Shown: one piece after another, positions 10,421-19,734 of the stretch
Position numbering within the stretch: position 1 is the first letter of the stretch
Layout: every line of letters begins with the position of its first letter
Assembly: GCA_963719225.1 (NCBI GenBank)
Contig: CAVRAY010000001.1
Location: 2,432,001-2,496,000, forward strand
Length of the DNA: 64,000 nucleotides
Reading direction: 5' to 3'
Source of the DNA: Thermoanaerobaculia bacterium
GTDB lineage: Bacteria; Acidobacteriota; Thermoanaerobaculia; UBA5066
Notes under the pieces: model-generated
Seen by the model: only the letters and a program-made list of their open reading frames with translations
What the model was told of the DNA's origin: nothing
Databases searched by the model: none
Program-made: the position numbers and the translations under genes

Positions 10421-11053
10421 ATGGCCGACGACAAGCCTCACCGACCCGACGAAACGAGCGGCGTCACCCGCCGCGGCCTCATCAAGGGAATCGCGAGCGC
10501 CGTGACCGCAGCCTCGGCGGGCGCAACGGCGCTGCTCGTCGAGACGCGCCACGAGCTCGAGGCCGCGAGCCCCTCCGGGCCGATGGCCGTGAGCGTCACG
10601 GTGAACGGCGCCGTGAAGACGGGCTCTTTCGAGCCGCGCGTGACGCTCGCGGAAGCTTTGCGCGATTCGTGGGGCCTGACGGGGACGAAAGTCGGGTGCG
10701 ACCGTGGAGCGTGCGGCGCCTGCACGGTCCTGCTCGACGGCATCCCCGTGAATTCCTGCCTCACGCTGGTCCACGACGCGGACAAGAGGAAAGTCACGAC
10801 GATCGAGGGCCTCGGCACGCCCGAGTCCCTCGCGCCCATCCAACGGGCCTTCCTCACGGCGGACGCGCTGCAGTGCGGCTTCTGCACCCCGGGCATGGTC
10901 GTTTCGTGCGCGGCGCTCCTCGCGAAGACCCCGAAGCCCTCGCCGGACGAGGTGAAGAACGCCGTGAGCGGCAATCTCTGCCGGTGCGGAACGTACCTCG
11001 GCGTCCTCGATGCCTGCCGGATGGCGGGAGAGACGGGGGTGGCCCGTGGCTGA
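10421..11053 (+). CDS. xanthine/aldehyde oxidoreductase (2Fe-2S) small subunit with Tat signal (PaoA/YagT-like)
   Basis: TRRGLIKG twin-arginine motif; GCDRGACGACTV, QCGFCTPG and NLCRCG. Confidence 0.9.
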   Translation: MADDKPHRPDETSGVTRRGLIKGIASAVTAASAGATALLVETRHELEAASPSGPMAVSVTVNGAVKTGSFEPRVTLAEALRDSWGLTGTKVGCDRGACGACTVLLDGIPVNSCLTLVHDADKRKVTTIEGLGTPESLAPIQRAFLTADALQCGFCTPGMVVSCAALLAKTPKPSPDEVKNAVSGNLCRCGTYLGVLDACRMAGETGVARG

Positions 11054-13415
11054 AGAGAAGAAGCTGGAGAAAGAAAAGACTTCTATGAAGGTGCCCGACG
11101 CGACGGGGACCGAGACGGTCGTCGAAATAGGCCTCGCTGGCCATACCCTTTCCAAGAGAATCCTTCTTCCTCCCGGCGATCCCGTTCCGTACGACAAGGT
11201 CGACCGTCCGCTGACCGGCAAGCGCCGCCCGCGCCTCGACGGCCCCCAGAAGGTGACCGGCCGGGCCACCTACACGCACGACGTCAGCCGGCCCGGAATG
11301 CTCTACGGGCGCGTCGTGCGGTCTCCCCACGCACACGCCGACATCGTGTCGATCGACACCTCGAAGCTCGACGCGATGGGCGTGGTCTGGGTCAAACCGG
11401 ACAAGAAGAAGGTTCGATACCACGGTGAGGCGGTGCTCGCGCTCGCAGCGGCGACGCCCCAGCTCGCCGACGACGCGCTTCACGCCGTGGCCGTGAAATA
11501 CGACGTGAAGCCGCACACGGTGAGGCTCGTCGACGCGATGAAAGACGGTGCCCCGCTCGTCTTCGAGAAGCCCGTCGAGGAGAAGCGCTCCGCCGGCGAC
11601 GCGCCCGCGGCAGGCGGGGCGGTGGCCCAGCACGGCAATGTGCGCGGCCCGAAGACCTCCGGGAAGGGCGACGTCGCGAAGGGCTTCGCGGAAGCCGACG
11701 CCACGCTCGAGCTGACGATGACGACCGCCGTGCAAACGCACGTCCCCATGGAGACGCACTCGCTCTTCGCCGAATGGGAAGGCGACAACCTGAAGGTGTA
11801 CGCCTCCACTCAGGGCACGTTCACCGTCAAGGACGAGCTCGCGACCGTCCTCGGAATCCCGAAGGACAAGGTCGAAGTCGTGACGGAGTACGTCGGAGGG
11901 GGCTTCGGCGCGAAGTTCGGGGCCGGCGACTACGGCGTCTTCGCGGCGCAGCTCGCGAAGAAGGCCGGCAAGCCGGTGAAGCTGGTCCTCGACCGGAAAG
12001 AAGAGCACCTCGCCGCGGGGAACCGGCCGGACTCCATCAACACGATCAAGGTCGGATACAAGAAGGACGGGACCGTGACGGCCGTCCAGTACACGTCCGT
12101 GGGGACCGCCGGCGTCGCCACCGGGACGGGAACAGGCTCCTTCGCGAAGAACGCGTACGGCTTCGAGAACGTCAAGGTCGACGAGTCTGACGTCTTCACG
12201 CACCTCGGCCCCGGATGTGCGATGCGCGCCCCCGGGCACCCGCAGGGAGCGTTCACCGTGGAGGCCGCCCTCGACGCGGTCGCCGAGGCGTGCGGGCTCG
12301 ACCCGCTCGCCGTGCGCTTCAAGAACGATCCTTCCGAGATCCGCCGCGCGGAATGGGAAGCGGCGGCGAAGGCCATCGGCTGGTCGCGCCGCGACGCGAT
12401 CACACGGGCGAACAAGGCCGCGGCGGCCGCCGGCCTTCCTCTCCGGCGCGGGCTCGGATGCGCCGCTGCCGTCTGGTACAACATCGTCAACAAGGGCTCG
12501 CAGGTCCAGGTCCGGATCCACAAGGACGGCGCCGTCGAGGTCGAAAACGGCGTCCAGGAGATCGGCTGCGGCATCCGCACGGCGATCGGACTCGTGACCG
12601 CGGAGGAGCTGGGCCTCCCCGTCGAGGCCGTGAGCGTTCACATCGGCAACTCGAAGTATCCCTACGGGCCCGCCTCCGGTGGGTCGACGACGACGGCCTC
12701 CCTCATCCCCGCCGTCCGCGCGGCGGCTTTCCACGCGGCGCGGAAGATGGCCGAGATCGCCGCTCCGCTCCTCGGGGCGAAGCCGGAAGACGTCAAGCTC
12801 GAGGGCGGCGCGTTCCTCGCGAACGGAAAGCGCGCCGACTGGGCGAAGGTCTGCTCGCGGATGAGCGGAGAGTCGATCCTCGCGACCGGCGACCGCGCTC
12901 CCGACTACGACGGGGCCGATCCGCGCCTCCTGGGCGCGCAGTTCGCCGACGTCGTCGTGGACGTCGAGACGGGCGTCGTGAAGGTCGAGAAGGTCGCCGC
13001 CGCGCACACATGCGGCCTTCCCGTGTGGAGGACGGGCGTCGAGAGCCAGATCCGGGGCGGCGTGCTGCAGGGCGTCAGCTACGCGCTCTTCGAGGAGCGC
13101 GTCATCGACCTTCCGACGGGCCGCTTCCTGAACCCGAACATCGAGCAGTACAAGATCCTCGGCGCCAAGGACGTCCCCGAGGTCGTGACCATCGTCCTCG
13201 ACCTCTTCGCCGGCAAGAACAACGCGCACGTGAGAGGCATCGGCGAGCCCGCCACCGTCCCGACCGCCGCGGCGATCGCAAACGCCGTCTCCCACGCGCT
13301 CGGCAGCCGCGTCACGGACCTGCCCATCACGCCGGCGCGCATCCTGGCCGCCGCACCCACCATCGTCAATCCGCTCCGCGCCGAAAGGCCGGCGGGAGCC
13401 GAGGTGAAATCATGA
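11046..13415 (+). CDS. xanthine dehydrogenase family molybdopterin-binding large subunit (PaoC/YagR-like)
   Basis: Motifs KVTGRATY, VRSPHAHA, VGGGFGAK, MRAPG, SGGS and RGIGEP. GTG 11046 overlaps the upstream gene. Confidence 0.9.
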   Translation: MAEEKKLEKEKTSMKVPDATGTETVVEIGLAGHTLSKRILLPPGDPVPYDKVDRPLTGKRRPRLDGPQKVTGRATYTHDVSRPGMLYGRVVRSPHAHADIVSIDTSKLDAMGVVWVKPDKKKVRYHGEAVLALAAATPQLADDALHAVAVKYDVKPHTVRLVDAMKDGAPLVFEKPVEEKRSAGDAPAAGGAVAQHGNVRGPKTSGKGDVAKGFAEADATLELTMTTAVQTHVPMETHSLFAEWEGDNLKVYASTQGTFTVKDELATVLGIPKDKVEVVTEYVGGGFGAKFGAGDYGVFAAQLAKKAGKPVKLVLDRKEEHLAAGNRPDSINTIKVGYKKDGTVTAVQYTSVGTAGVATGTGTGSFAKNAYGFENVKVDESDVFTHLGPGCAMRAPGHPQGAFTVEAALDAVAEACGLDPLAVRFKNDPSEIRRAEWEAAAKAIGWSRRDAITRANKAAAAAGLPLRRGLGCAAAVWYNIVNKGSQVQVRIHKDGAVEVENGVQEIGCGIRTAIGLVTAEELGLPVEAVSVHIGNSKYPYGPASGGSTTTASLIPAVRAAAFHAARKMAEIAAPLLGAKPEDVKLEGGAFLANGKRADWAKVCSRMSGESILATGDRAPDYDGADPRLLGAQFADVVVDVETGVVKVEKVAAAHTCGLPVWRTGVESQIRGGVLQGVSYALFEERVIDLPTGRFLNPNIEQYKILGAKDVPEVVTIVLDLFAGKNNAHVRGIGEPATVPTAAAIANAVSHALGSRVTDLPITPARILAAAPTIVNPLRAERPAGAEVKS

Positions 13416-14423
13416 AGGCGTTCGAGCGCGTTCAGCCCGCCTCGTGGGAAGACGCGGCCGCCGCCCTGGCGGCCGCGAAAAAGGCCGGCGTCGCCGCCGA
13501 GGCGAAGGGCGCCGGGACGGACATCCTCGACCGGCTCAAGGAGCGGAGCGCCGCGCCGGACCGCCTCGTCGACCTCCGCCGGCTCACGGGAAACGACACC
13601 ATCGAGAAGTCTCCTTCCCAGATCGCGATCGGCGCCCTCGTCACGCTGACGCGCGTCGCCGAAGGCCTGCGCGCCGAGCTCCCCGCCCTCGCCGCCGCGT
13701 GCGAAGGCGCGGCGACCCCGCAGATCCGGAACGCCGCGACACTCGCGGGAAACCTCTGCCAGCGCCCGCGGTGCTGGTACTTCCGCTCCGCCGACTTCAC
13801 CTGCCTGAAGAAGGGCGGAGGCGAGTGCTATGCGCAAAAGGGCGAGAACGCGTTCCACGCCATCTTCGGGAACCGCACGTGCGCGATCGTCCACCCTTCG
13901 GCGGCAGGAGTCGCGCTCGCGGCGTACGGAGCGCGCGATCGAGACTCTCTCCGCGGGATCCAAGCGGACGATTCCGATCGCCGATTTTTTCGTGACTCCC
14001 GAGGTGAACCTCGCGGGTGAGAACGCGCTCGCCGACGGTGAGCTCATCACCCGCATCGTCGTGCCCCGCCGCGCGGGCCTTCGATCGGCCTACCGCAAGA
14101 TCAAGCACAAGCAGACTTTTGACTGGCCGCTCGCCGACGCCACCGTTGTCTACCGCGACGACGGAGGCATCGCCCGCGACGTGAGAATCGTGATCGGGTC
14201 GGCAGCTCCCGTGCCGTGGCGCGTGAAGAAGGCCGAGGCGCTCGTCGAGGGTCAACACATCGACGGAACGCTCGCCGCGCGGGCTGCCGCCGCCGCGACC
14301 GAAGGCGCCACGCCGCTCGCGGGCAACGCGTACAAGCTGCCGCTCGTCTCGGCGGCCGTCCGGCGCGCGCTGCTGGGCGCCGCGGGGCTTCCCGACGGGA
14401 CCGAAAGGGCACCACAGGCATGA
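13412..14423 (+). CDS. FAD-binding subunit (PaoB/YagS-like), split by a +1 frameshift near 13931-13940
   Basis: N-terminal half has GAGTD, ATPQIRNAATLAGNLCQRPRCWYFR and CAIVHPS. C-terminal half (IPIADFF...GSAAPVPWR...NAYK) is in the next frame. Confidence 0.85.
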
Positions 14424-14653
14424 GCGAAACGGCATTCAACGACATCCGGCCCGACCCCGCGGCATGCTGCCGCCACCTGCGCACGAAGATGATGTCCGTC
14501 GTCATGGAGTGGGACGAGCACGCCGCCGAATACCCGTCCACGAGCGCGGCCTACTGGTGCCTGAAGACGATGGGGCCCGTGGGCCCCGACGACGGCCCCG
14601 CGGCGCTCGACGACTGCCGGGCCGGCCGACCCTGCTTCCAGGCTCAGCTGTAA
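14420..14653 (+). CDS. small Cys-rich hypothetical protein (77 aa)
   Basis: ATGA overlap with the FAD-subunit stop; sequence CCRHLRTK...YWCLKT.GPVGPDD...CRAGRPCF. Confidence 0.75.
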   Translation: MSETAFNDIRPDPAACCRHLRTKMMSVVMEWDEHAAEYPSTSAAYWCLKTMGPVGPDDGPAALDDCRAGRPCFQAQL

Positions 14654-14686
14654 AAGGCGGCGGGCGGGCAGAAGAGCGAGATCGAG

Positions 14687-15307
14687 CTGTTCGTCTCCGG
14701 AGTTCTTCTCGCGGCAGGTGCCTCCACGCGCTTCGGATCTTCGAAGATGCTCGCGCCGGTCGGAGAAGAAAAAACACCTTTGCTTCGCAGGGTGCTGGAG
14801 ACATGGCTCGCATCCGGGTTCGACGAGGTGATCGTCGTTCTGGGAAGGGATGCCGCTGACATTCGAGCCAGGCTCGAAGAGAACCTGCTTAGAAGGGTCA
14901 ATGGGGAAGAATCAGCCGCAGCGCCTGTCCGCTTCGTCGAGAACCCGAAGTGGGAGGCTGGGATGTTTTCTTCTGTGAAAGCGGGGCTCGCCGCGACGTC
15001 CGCCCACTCGACGCACATCGCCATCTCCCCCGCCGATCTTCCCTTTCTAAGCAAAGGTACTCTTCGGACCGTGATCGGTGCAGCAGCCTCCGCCGACGAG
15101 CGCACGGTCGTCGTTCCGACCTTCGGCCGCCGCCGCGGGCATCCGCTCGTGATTCCCGCGTCCCTTCGGGCGCGTCTGCTCTCCTGGCCCGACACCGCCC
15201 GCTTGAATCTTCTCTTCGAGGAAAAAGATCTCTCGGTCCTCCATCTCGAAGGCTTCGATGAAAGCATCCTTCATGACGTCGACACGCCGGGCGATCTCTC
15301 CCGATGA
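14687..15307 (+). CDS. molybdenum cofactor cytidylyltransferase-like NTP transferase (MocA/MobA family)
   Basis: Motifs GVLLAAGASTRFG..K, GMFSSVKAG, PADLP, GHP and DVDTP. The signature motif lies upstream of the first ATG (14747), so the start is uncertain (CTG 14687 used). Confidence 0.82.
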   Translation: MFVSGVLLAAGASTRFGSSKMLAPVGEEKTPLLRRVLETWLASGFDEVIVVLGRDAADIRARLEENLLRRVNGEESAAAPVRFVENPKWEAGMFSSVKAGLAATSAHSTHIAISPADLPFLSKGTLRTVIGAAASADERTVVVPTFGRRRGHPLVIPASLRARLLSWPDTARLNLLFEEKDLSVLHLEGFDESILHDVDTPGDLSR

Positions 15308-16092
15308 GCAGCCGACTCCTCACCGAGCTTCCCGCCCTGCTGGAAGTCCATGGCCAGCTCGCGATGGCGACGGTGGTCTCCGCCGTCGGATCCACGCCCC
15401 GCGAGACCACGGCCCGCATGCTCGTCCTGCCCGACGGATCGACCGTCGGGACGATCGGCGGCGGGAAGTTCGAGTCGCTCGTCGTCGGGGATGCCCGGAA
15501 GCTCCTCGAGTCCCACGGTCTTCCTTTTACCCACGACTATGCCTTCGTGCCGACGGGGGAGGGCTCGTTCGGCGCGGTCTGCGGCGGGACGGCCACCGTC
15601 CTTCTCGAGATCGTCGAGCGTGCGCCGCATCTCCTCGTCGTCGGCGCCGGGCATTGCGGCCGCGCGCTCGCGCGCGCCGCGCGCTTCACGGGCTGGGACG
15701 TGACGGTCGCCGACGAAAGGCCCGCGCAGCTCGATCCGGCGGCGTTCCCGGACGGCGTCCGGCTGGTGCATGTGAAGGACGACTACTCGGACCTGCCCAT
15801 CCCCGCTCCACGTGATTCCGTCGCTCTCGTTTCGCGCGGGCACGTGACGGACGGCCGCGCCTTTCGCCGCCTCCGCGGCGTCCCCCTCGCCTATCTCGGG
15901 ATGATCGGCAGCAAGGCGAAGCGAAAGGCTCTTTTCGACGAGCTGCGTGCCGAGGGCTATACGGAGGCCGAGCTCAATCGCGCGCACAACCCCATCGGCC
16001 TCGAGATCGGGGCGGAGTCCCCCGAGGAGATCGCGATCGCGATCATGGCGGAGCTGATCGCGACCCGGCGCAAGGCCGATGGGCGGACGTGA
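15304..16092 (+). CDS. xdhC: XdhC/CoxI family molybdoenzyme maturation protein
   Basis: Motifs GSTPR, GTIGGG, CGG, GAGH, YLGMIGS and PIGLEIGAESPEEIAIAI. Confidence 0.9.
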   Translation: MSSRLLTELPALLEVHGQLAMATVVSAVGSTPRETTARMLVLPDGSTVGTIGGGKFESLVVGDARKLLESHGLPFTHDYAFVPTGEGSFGAVCGGTATVLLEIVERAPHLLVVGAGHCGRALARAARFTGWDVTVADERPAQLDPAAFPDGVRLVHVKDDYSDLPIPAPRDSVALVSRGHVTDGRAFRRLRGVPLAYLGMIGSKAKRKALFDELRAEGYTEAELNRAHNPIGLEIGAESPEEIAIAIMAELIATRRKADGRT

Positions 16093-17591
16093 GCGTACTT
16101 CCAAAACCTCGCGGAGGCGTCCTCGTCCTCACCGCGATCTCTGCGGCGGCGTTCGCGTATGCCGCGGCTCGGGCGATCCGGATCCCGATCGTCCACGACG
16201 AAGCCCTCACGTACTTCCAGTTCGTGGCGGGCCCGTGGGCCGGAAGGCTCGACCCGGGCATCCCGTTTCCCGAGAACAACAACCTCAACGCAATCCTTTC
16301 GGCCGCGGCCTGGAAGGTTTTCGGAGGCGGCGACCTCTCCCTCCGTCTGCCGAACCTGCTCGCTTATCCCCTCTTCCTCGTCGCCACGGCGCGCCTCGCC
16401 CTCCGGCAGAGCACGGTTGCGCTCTGTGTTGCTGCCTTCCTTCTTCTCAACGCCAACGCGTTCGCGCTGGAGTTCTTCTCTCTCTCTCGGGGTTACGGCC
16501 TCGGACTCGCGTTCCTCGCCTCCGGCGTCGCGTTCCTCGTCGGGGCGCTCGAGCGGCCCGGGCGCGCCCCGATCTCCGCGAGCCTCGGGGTTCTCAGCCT
16601 CGGATTCGCCGCGTATGCTCACCTGTCGTTTCTCTTTCCGCTCGCCGCCTGCGCGGCGGCGATATTCGCCCGGGAGGCGTGGCGCCTCGTCTCCCGGGCC
16701 CGCTCCGCGAATCCTGGATCCTCGTCTGGTCCGTCCCTGCTGATCCCCCTCGGCATCTCGGTGCCCTTCCTTCTCGTGCTCGTCCCGTATTCCATGGAGC
16801 TGACGAAGCTGGGACGCTTCTACATGGGAGGCGTCCAGGGCCTCTGGTCCGACACGGTCGTCTCCCTGCTCGCCACGTTCCGGTATCTCCCGCCCGCCGA
16901 GGCGCCCCGCGCTCCCCTCCTGGAGGCGGCCCTCGCCGCGGTTCTTTTCCTCCTGGCCGCGGCCGTCGTCGCCCGGCCGGCACGGCTCTCGCCGCTCTCC
17001 CTCGTTCCCGCCTCTCTCCTCGCTCTCACGGCGGCGGGCATCGAGCTGTCGGGCCGACTCTTCGGCGCCCGGTATCCCGTCGAGCGAGCCGCTCTTCCGG
17101 TCCAGTTCCTCTTTCTCGCGACGGCGACCGGCGTCGCCGGGGACTGGATCGCCAAGGCGCGATCGGGCCGGAAGCCGGCCTCGGCCGCCGTGTTTCTTTC
17201 GGCGGCTCTCGCGGTCGCCGCGTTCGCCGCCGCCGCGAACACGACGCACACCCTCCTCTGGCGGTTCGACGCCGACACTCCCCGGATGCTCGACGACCTG
17301 GACCGGGAGCGCCGCGAGCGTGGCCTCCTCCAACGCGTGCGCCTCGGGATCACCTGGCTCATGCAGCCTTCCATCAACTACTACCGGGTGCGCCGGCGTC
17401 TCGACTGGCTCCTCCCCGTGAACCGGCGCGGCCTGGCTGACCTGGACCCGGACTTCTTCTACTGGACGCCGAAGGACGACGACGCGGCTCGGGCTCTCGG
17501 TGTCGCGGCGACGACGATCTATCCGACGTCGGGGAACCGCTTCGCCGCCCGCGTCAGGCCTCCGGCCCCTTCGCACGTGACTCCACCCTGA
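16089..17591 (+). CDS. polytopic membrane protein, GT-C glycosyltransferase-like
   Basis: Many hydrophobic segments; HDEA motif after the first TM segment; SLRLP and SRGYGL. Confidence 0.6.
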   Translation: MSVLPKPRGGVLVLTAISAAAFAYAAARAIRIPIVHDEALTYFQFVAGPWAGRLDPGIPFPENNNLNAILSAAAWKVFGGGDLSLRLPNLLAYPLFLVATARLALRQSTVALCVAAFLLLNANAFALEFFSLSRGYGLGLAFLASGVAFLVGALERPGRAPISASLGVLSLGFAAYAHLSFLFPLAACAAAIFAREAWRLVSRARSANPGSSSGPSLLIPLGISVPFLLVLVPYSMELTKLGRFYMGGVQGLWSDTVVSLLATFRYLPPAEAPRAPLLEAALAAVLFLLAAAVVARPARLSPLSLVPASLLALTAAGIELSGRLFGARYPVERAALPVQFLFLATATGVAGDWIAKARSGRKPASAAVFLSAALAVAAFAAAANTTHTLLWRFDADTPRMLDDLDRERRERGLLQRVRLGITWLMQPSINYYRVRRRLDWLLPVNRRGLADLDPDFFYWTPKDDDAARALGVAATTIYPTSGNRFAARVRPPAPSHVTPP

Positions 17592-17643
17592 TCGCCGCGG
17601 CGGAGATACGATTCTCCTGGATCCCGGGGCGAAGGAGGCACGC

Positions 17644-17904
17644 GTGACGAAGAGACGCCGCAGGAAGACCCGGACGGCCGCGCGACTCAACAAGAAGCAC
17701 ACGGTCAAGGCCCACTTCAACGTCCCGCAGCTCACGAAGGCGGGCTCGTCTCTCTCCCTCGAGGTCTACGCCGACGAACAGAAGATCGGCGAGGTCACGA
17801 TCGGGCGCGGTTCGCTCTTCTGGCGCGGGGGCCGCCGGCATCTCCTGAAGAAGATCTCCTGGACCCGATTCGCCGAAAAGATGGACGAGCTCGCGTACGG
17901 CTGA
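17644..17904 (+). CDS. small basic hypothetical protein
   Basis: AGGAGG RBS upstream of GTG; GC3-rich codon usage. Confidence 0.7.
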   Translation: MTKRRRRKTRTAARLNKKHTVKAHFNVPQLTKAGSSLSLEVYADEQKIGEVTIGRGSLFWRGGRRHLLKKISWTRFAEKMDELAYG

Positions 17905-17922
17905 GCGCGGATCTGCGAAGCG

Positions 17923-18870
17923 CTATCGCGCGCCCGCCGCCACGGGAGCATGCACGGGCGTCAGCCAGCCGTAGCGGTCGTCGACCTTGCCCTCCACGAT
18001 GTCGAAGAAGGCCTTCTGCAGGGCTTCCGTCATGGGGCCGCGCTTGCCGTTTCCGACGGGAATCCGGTCCACCGAGCGGATCGGCGTGATTTCGGCAGCC
18101 GTGCCCGTGAAGAACATCTCGTCGGCGGCGTAAATCATCTCGCGCGGAATCGTCTTCTCTTCCATCTGGAAGTCGAGCTCGCGGGCGAGCTGGATGACGG
18201 ACAGGCGCGTGATGCCCGGAAGCGTCGAGGCCGAAAGGGGCGGCGTGTAGAGGCGGCCTTTCCACACGAGGAAGAGGTTCTCGCCGGAGCCTTCGGAGAT
18301 CCGCCCGTTGTGGTCCATGGCGATCCCCTCGTGGTAGCCGTTCGTGATGGCCTCCATCTTGATGAGCTGGCTGTTCGCGTAGTTCGCCGTGGCCTTCGCC
18401 ATCGCGGGCATCGTGTTCGGCGCGATGCGCATCCAGGACGAGCAGCAGGCGTCGACCCCCTGCTCGAGCGCGTCGGCGCCGAGGTACTTGCCCCACGGAT
18501 AACACCCGATCGCGACGTCCACCGGGTTCGGGAACGGGTTCACGCCGAGCGTCCCGTATCCTCGATAGACGAGCGGCCGGATGTAGCAGGCCTTGAAGTC
18601 GTTCGCGCGCACGACCTCGAGCGTCGCCTCTCGGAGCTGTTCGATCGTGTACGGAATCACCATGCGGTAGATCTTCGCGGACCAGAAGAGCCGGTCGAGA
18701 TGCTCGTCGAGCCGGAAGATCGCGGGCCCGCGGGCCGTGTCGTAGCAGCGCTCGCCCTCGAAGACCCCGGATCCGTAGTGAAGGGCGTGCGTGAAGATGG
18801 AGATCTTCGCGTCGGCGAGATCCACCAGCTTCCCGTTCATCCAGACCTTCTTGACGTTTTCGAAGCTCAT
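17923..18870 (-). CDS. ilvE: branched-chain amino acid aminotransferase
   Basis: Motifs HALHYGSGVFEG, AKATANY, EGSGENLF, LPGITR and FTGTAAEITP. Confidence 0.95.
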   Translation of the reverse strand: MSFENVKKVWMNGKLVDLADAKISIFTHALHYGSGVFEGERCYDTARGPAIFRLDEHLDRLFWSAKIYRMVIPYTIEQLREATLEVVRANDFKACYIRPLVYRGYGTLGVNPFPNPVDVAIGCYPWGKYLGADALEQGVDACCSSWMRIAPNTMPAMAKATANYANSQLIKMEAITNGYHEGIAMDHNGRISEGSGENLFLVWKGRLYTPPLSASTLPGITRLSVIQLARELDFQMEEKTIPREMIYAADEMFFTGTAAEITPIRSVDRIPVGNGKRGPMTEALQKAFFDIVEGKVDDRYGWLTPVHAPVAAGAR

Positions 18871-18933
18871 GAAGCCCTCCGCGTCGATCTCGAGGAATCC
18901 TAACCGAAACGAAGCGTGTGACCGGAAACGGTT

Positions 18934-19734
18934 TCAAGCGGAATCGACCAACTTCGCAAGCGCCACGACCACGGCGGTCTCGAGGCGGAGAATGCGGGGG
19001 CCGAGAGAGAAGAAAAGAGCACGGTTTTCTTCGAATAACGAGATTTCGGCCGGAGCGAACCCACCCTCGGGACCGATGGCGACAAGGGAGGGCTGGGAAA
19101 ACGCCTGGGCGCCGCCCAGAGGCGCCGCTGGATCCAACACGACGAGCCTTTCCCCTCTTACCTCTCCAAGAAACTCTTCGGTGCTCTTCGGACCTTCCAC
19201 TCCCGGCACGATCGTCCGGTCGCACTGCTTCGTCGCTTCGACGGCGATCCGGCGCAGGCGCTCGAGGCGGGCGGGCGACGAGAGCGCCGTCACGTGCGAC
19301 TTCTGCGACCGTTCGCACGCGAGGAGGACGAAACCCGCCGCTCCGCATTCCGTGCCCTTCTCGATCGCCCATTCGACGCGCGCGGGCTCGGCGCACGCGA
19401 GGGCGACGGTCACGCGGTTCGCGGGCTCGCCGGGGAGAGAAGGGGAAGAAGAAGAGGAAGAGGAGGAAGAAGAGAAGATCTTCTTAGAAGGTAATAGGGC
19501 GATCGCGGCGCCTCCCCTCGCGAGAACGGCCCTGACACGTGCGCCCTTTCCGTCGAGCGCGATGACCTCGTCGCCGTCGCGCAGGCGCCTCGAGCGAACG
19601 TGTTCTCTCTCTTCCCTTCTAAGTAGAATCTCTTTCTTCCGGTCTTCGTGCTCTTCGAACGTCGCCATCTGCTCCGCCAGATCGGGCACGTAGACCCGTG
19701 GCGGCCGCGCGGGGGCGGGGGCGTTCTCACTCAT
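18934..19734 (-). CDS. rsmE: 16S rRNA m3U1498 methyltransferase
   Basis: Motifs EKGTECG, EATKQC, IGPEGGF and LGPRILRLETA; lies after prmA. Confidence 0.9.
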   Translation of the reverse strand: MSENAPAPARPPRVYVPDLAEQMATFEEHEDRKKEILLRREEREHVRSRRLRDGDEVIALDGKGARVRAVLARGGAAIALLPSKKIFSSSSSSSSSSPSLPGEPANRVTVALACAEPARVEWAIEKGTECGAAGFVLLACERSQKSHVTALSSPARLERLRRIAVEATKQCDRTIVPGVEGPKSTEEFLGEVRGERLVVLDPAAPLGGAQAFSQPSLVAIGPEGGFAPAEISLFEENRALFFSLGPRILRLETAVVVALAKLVDSA

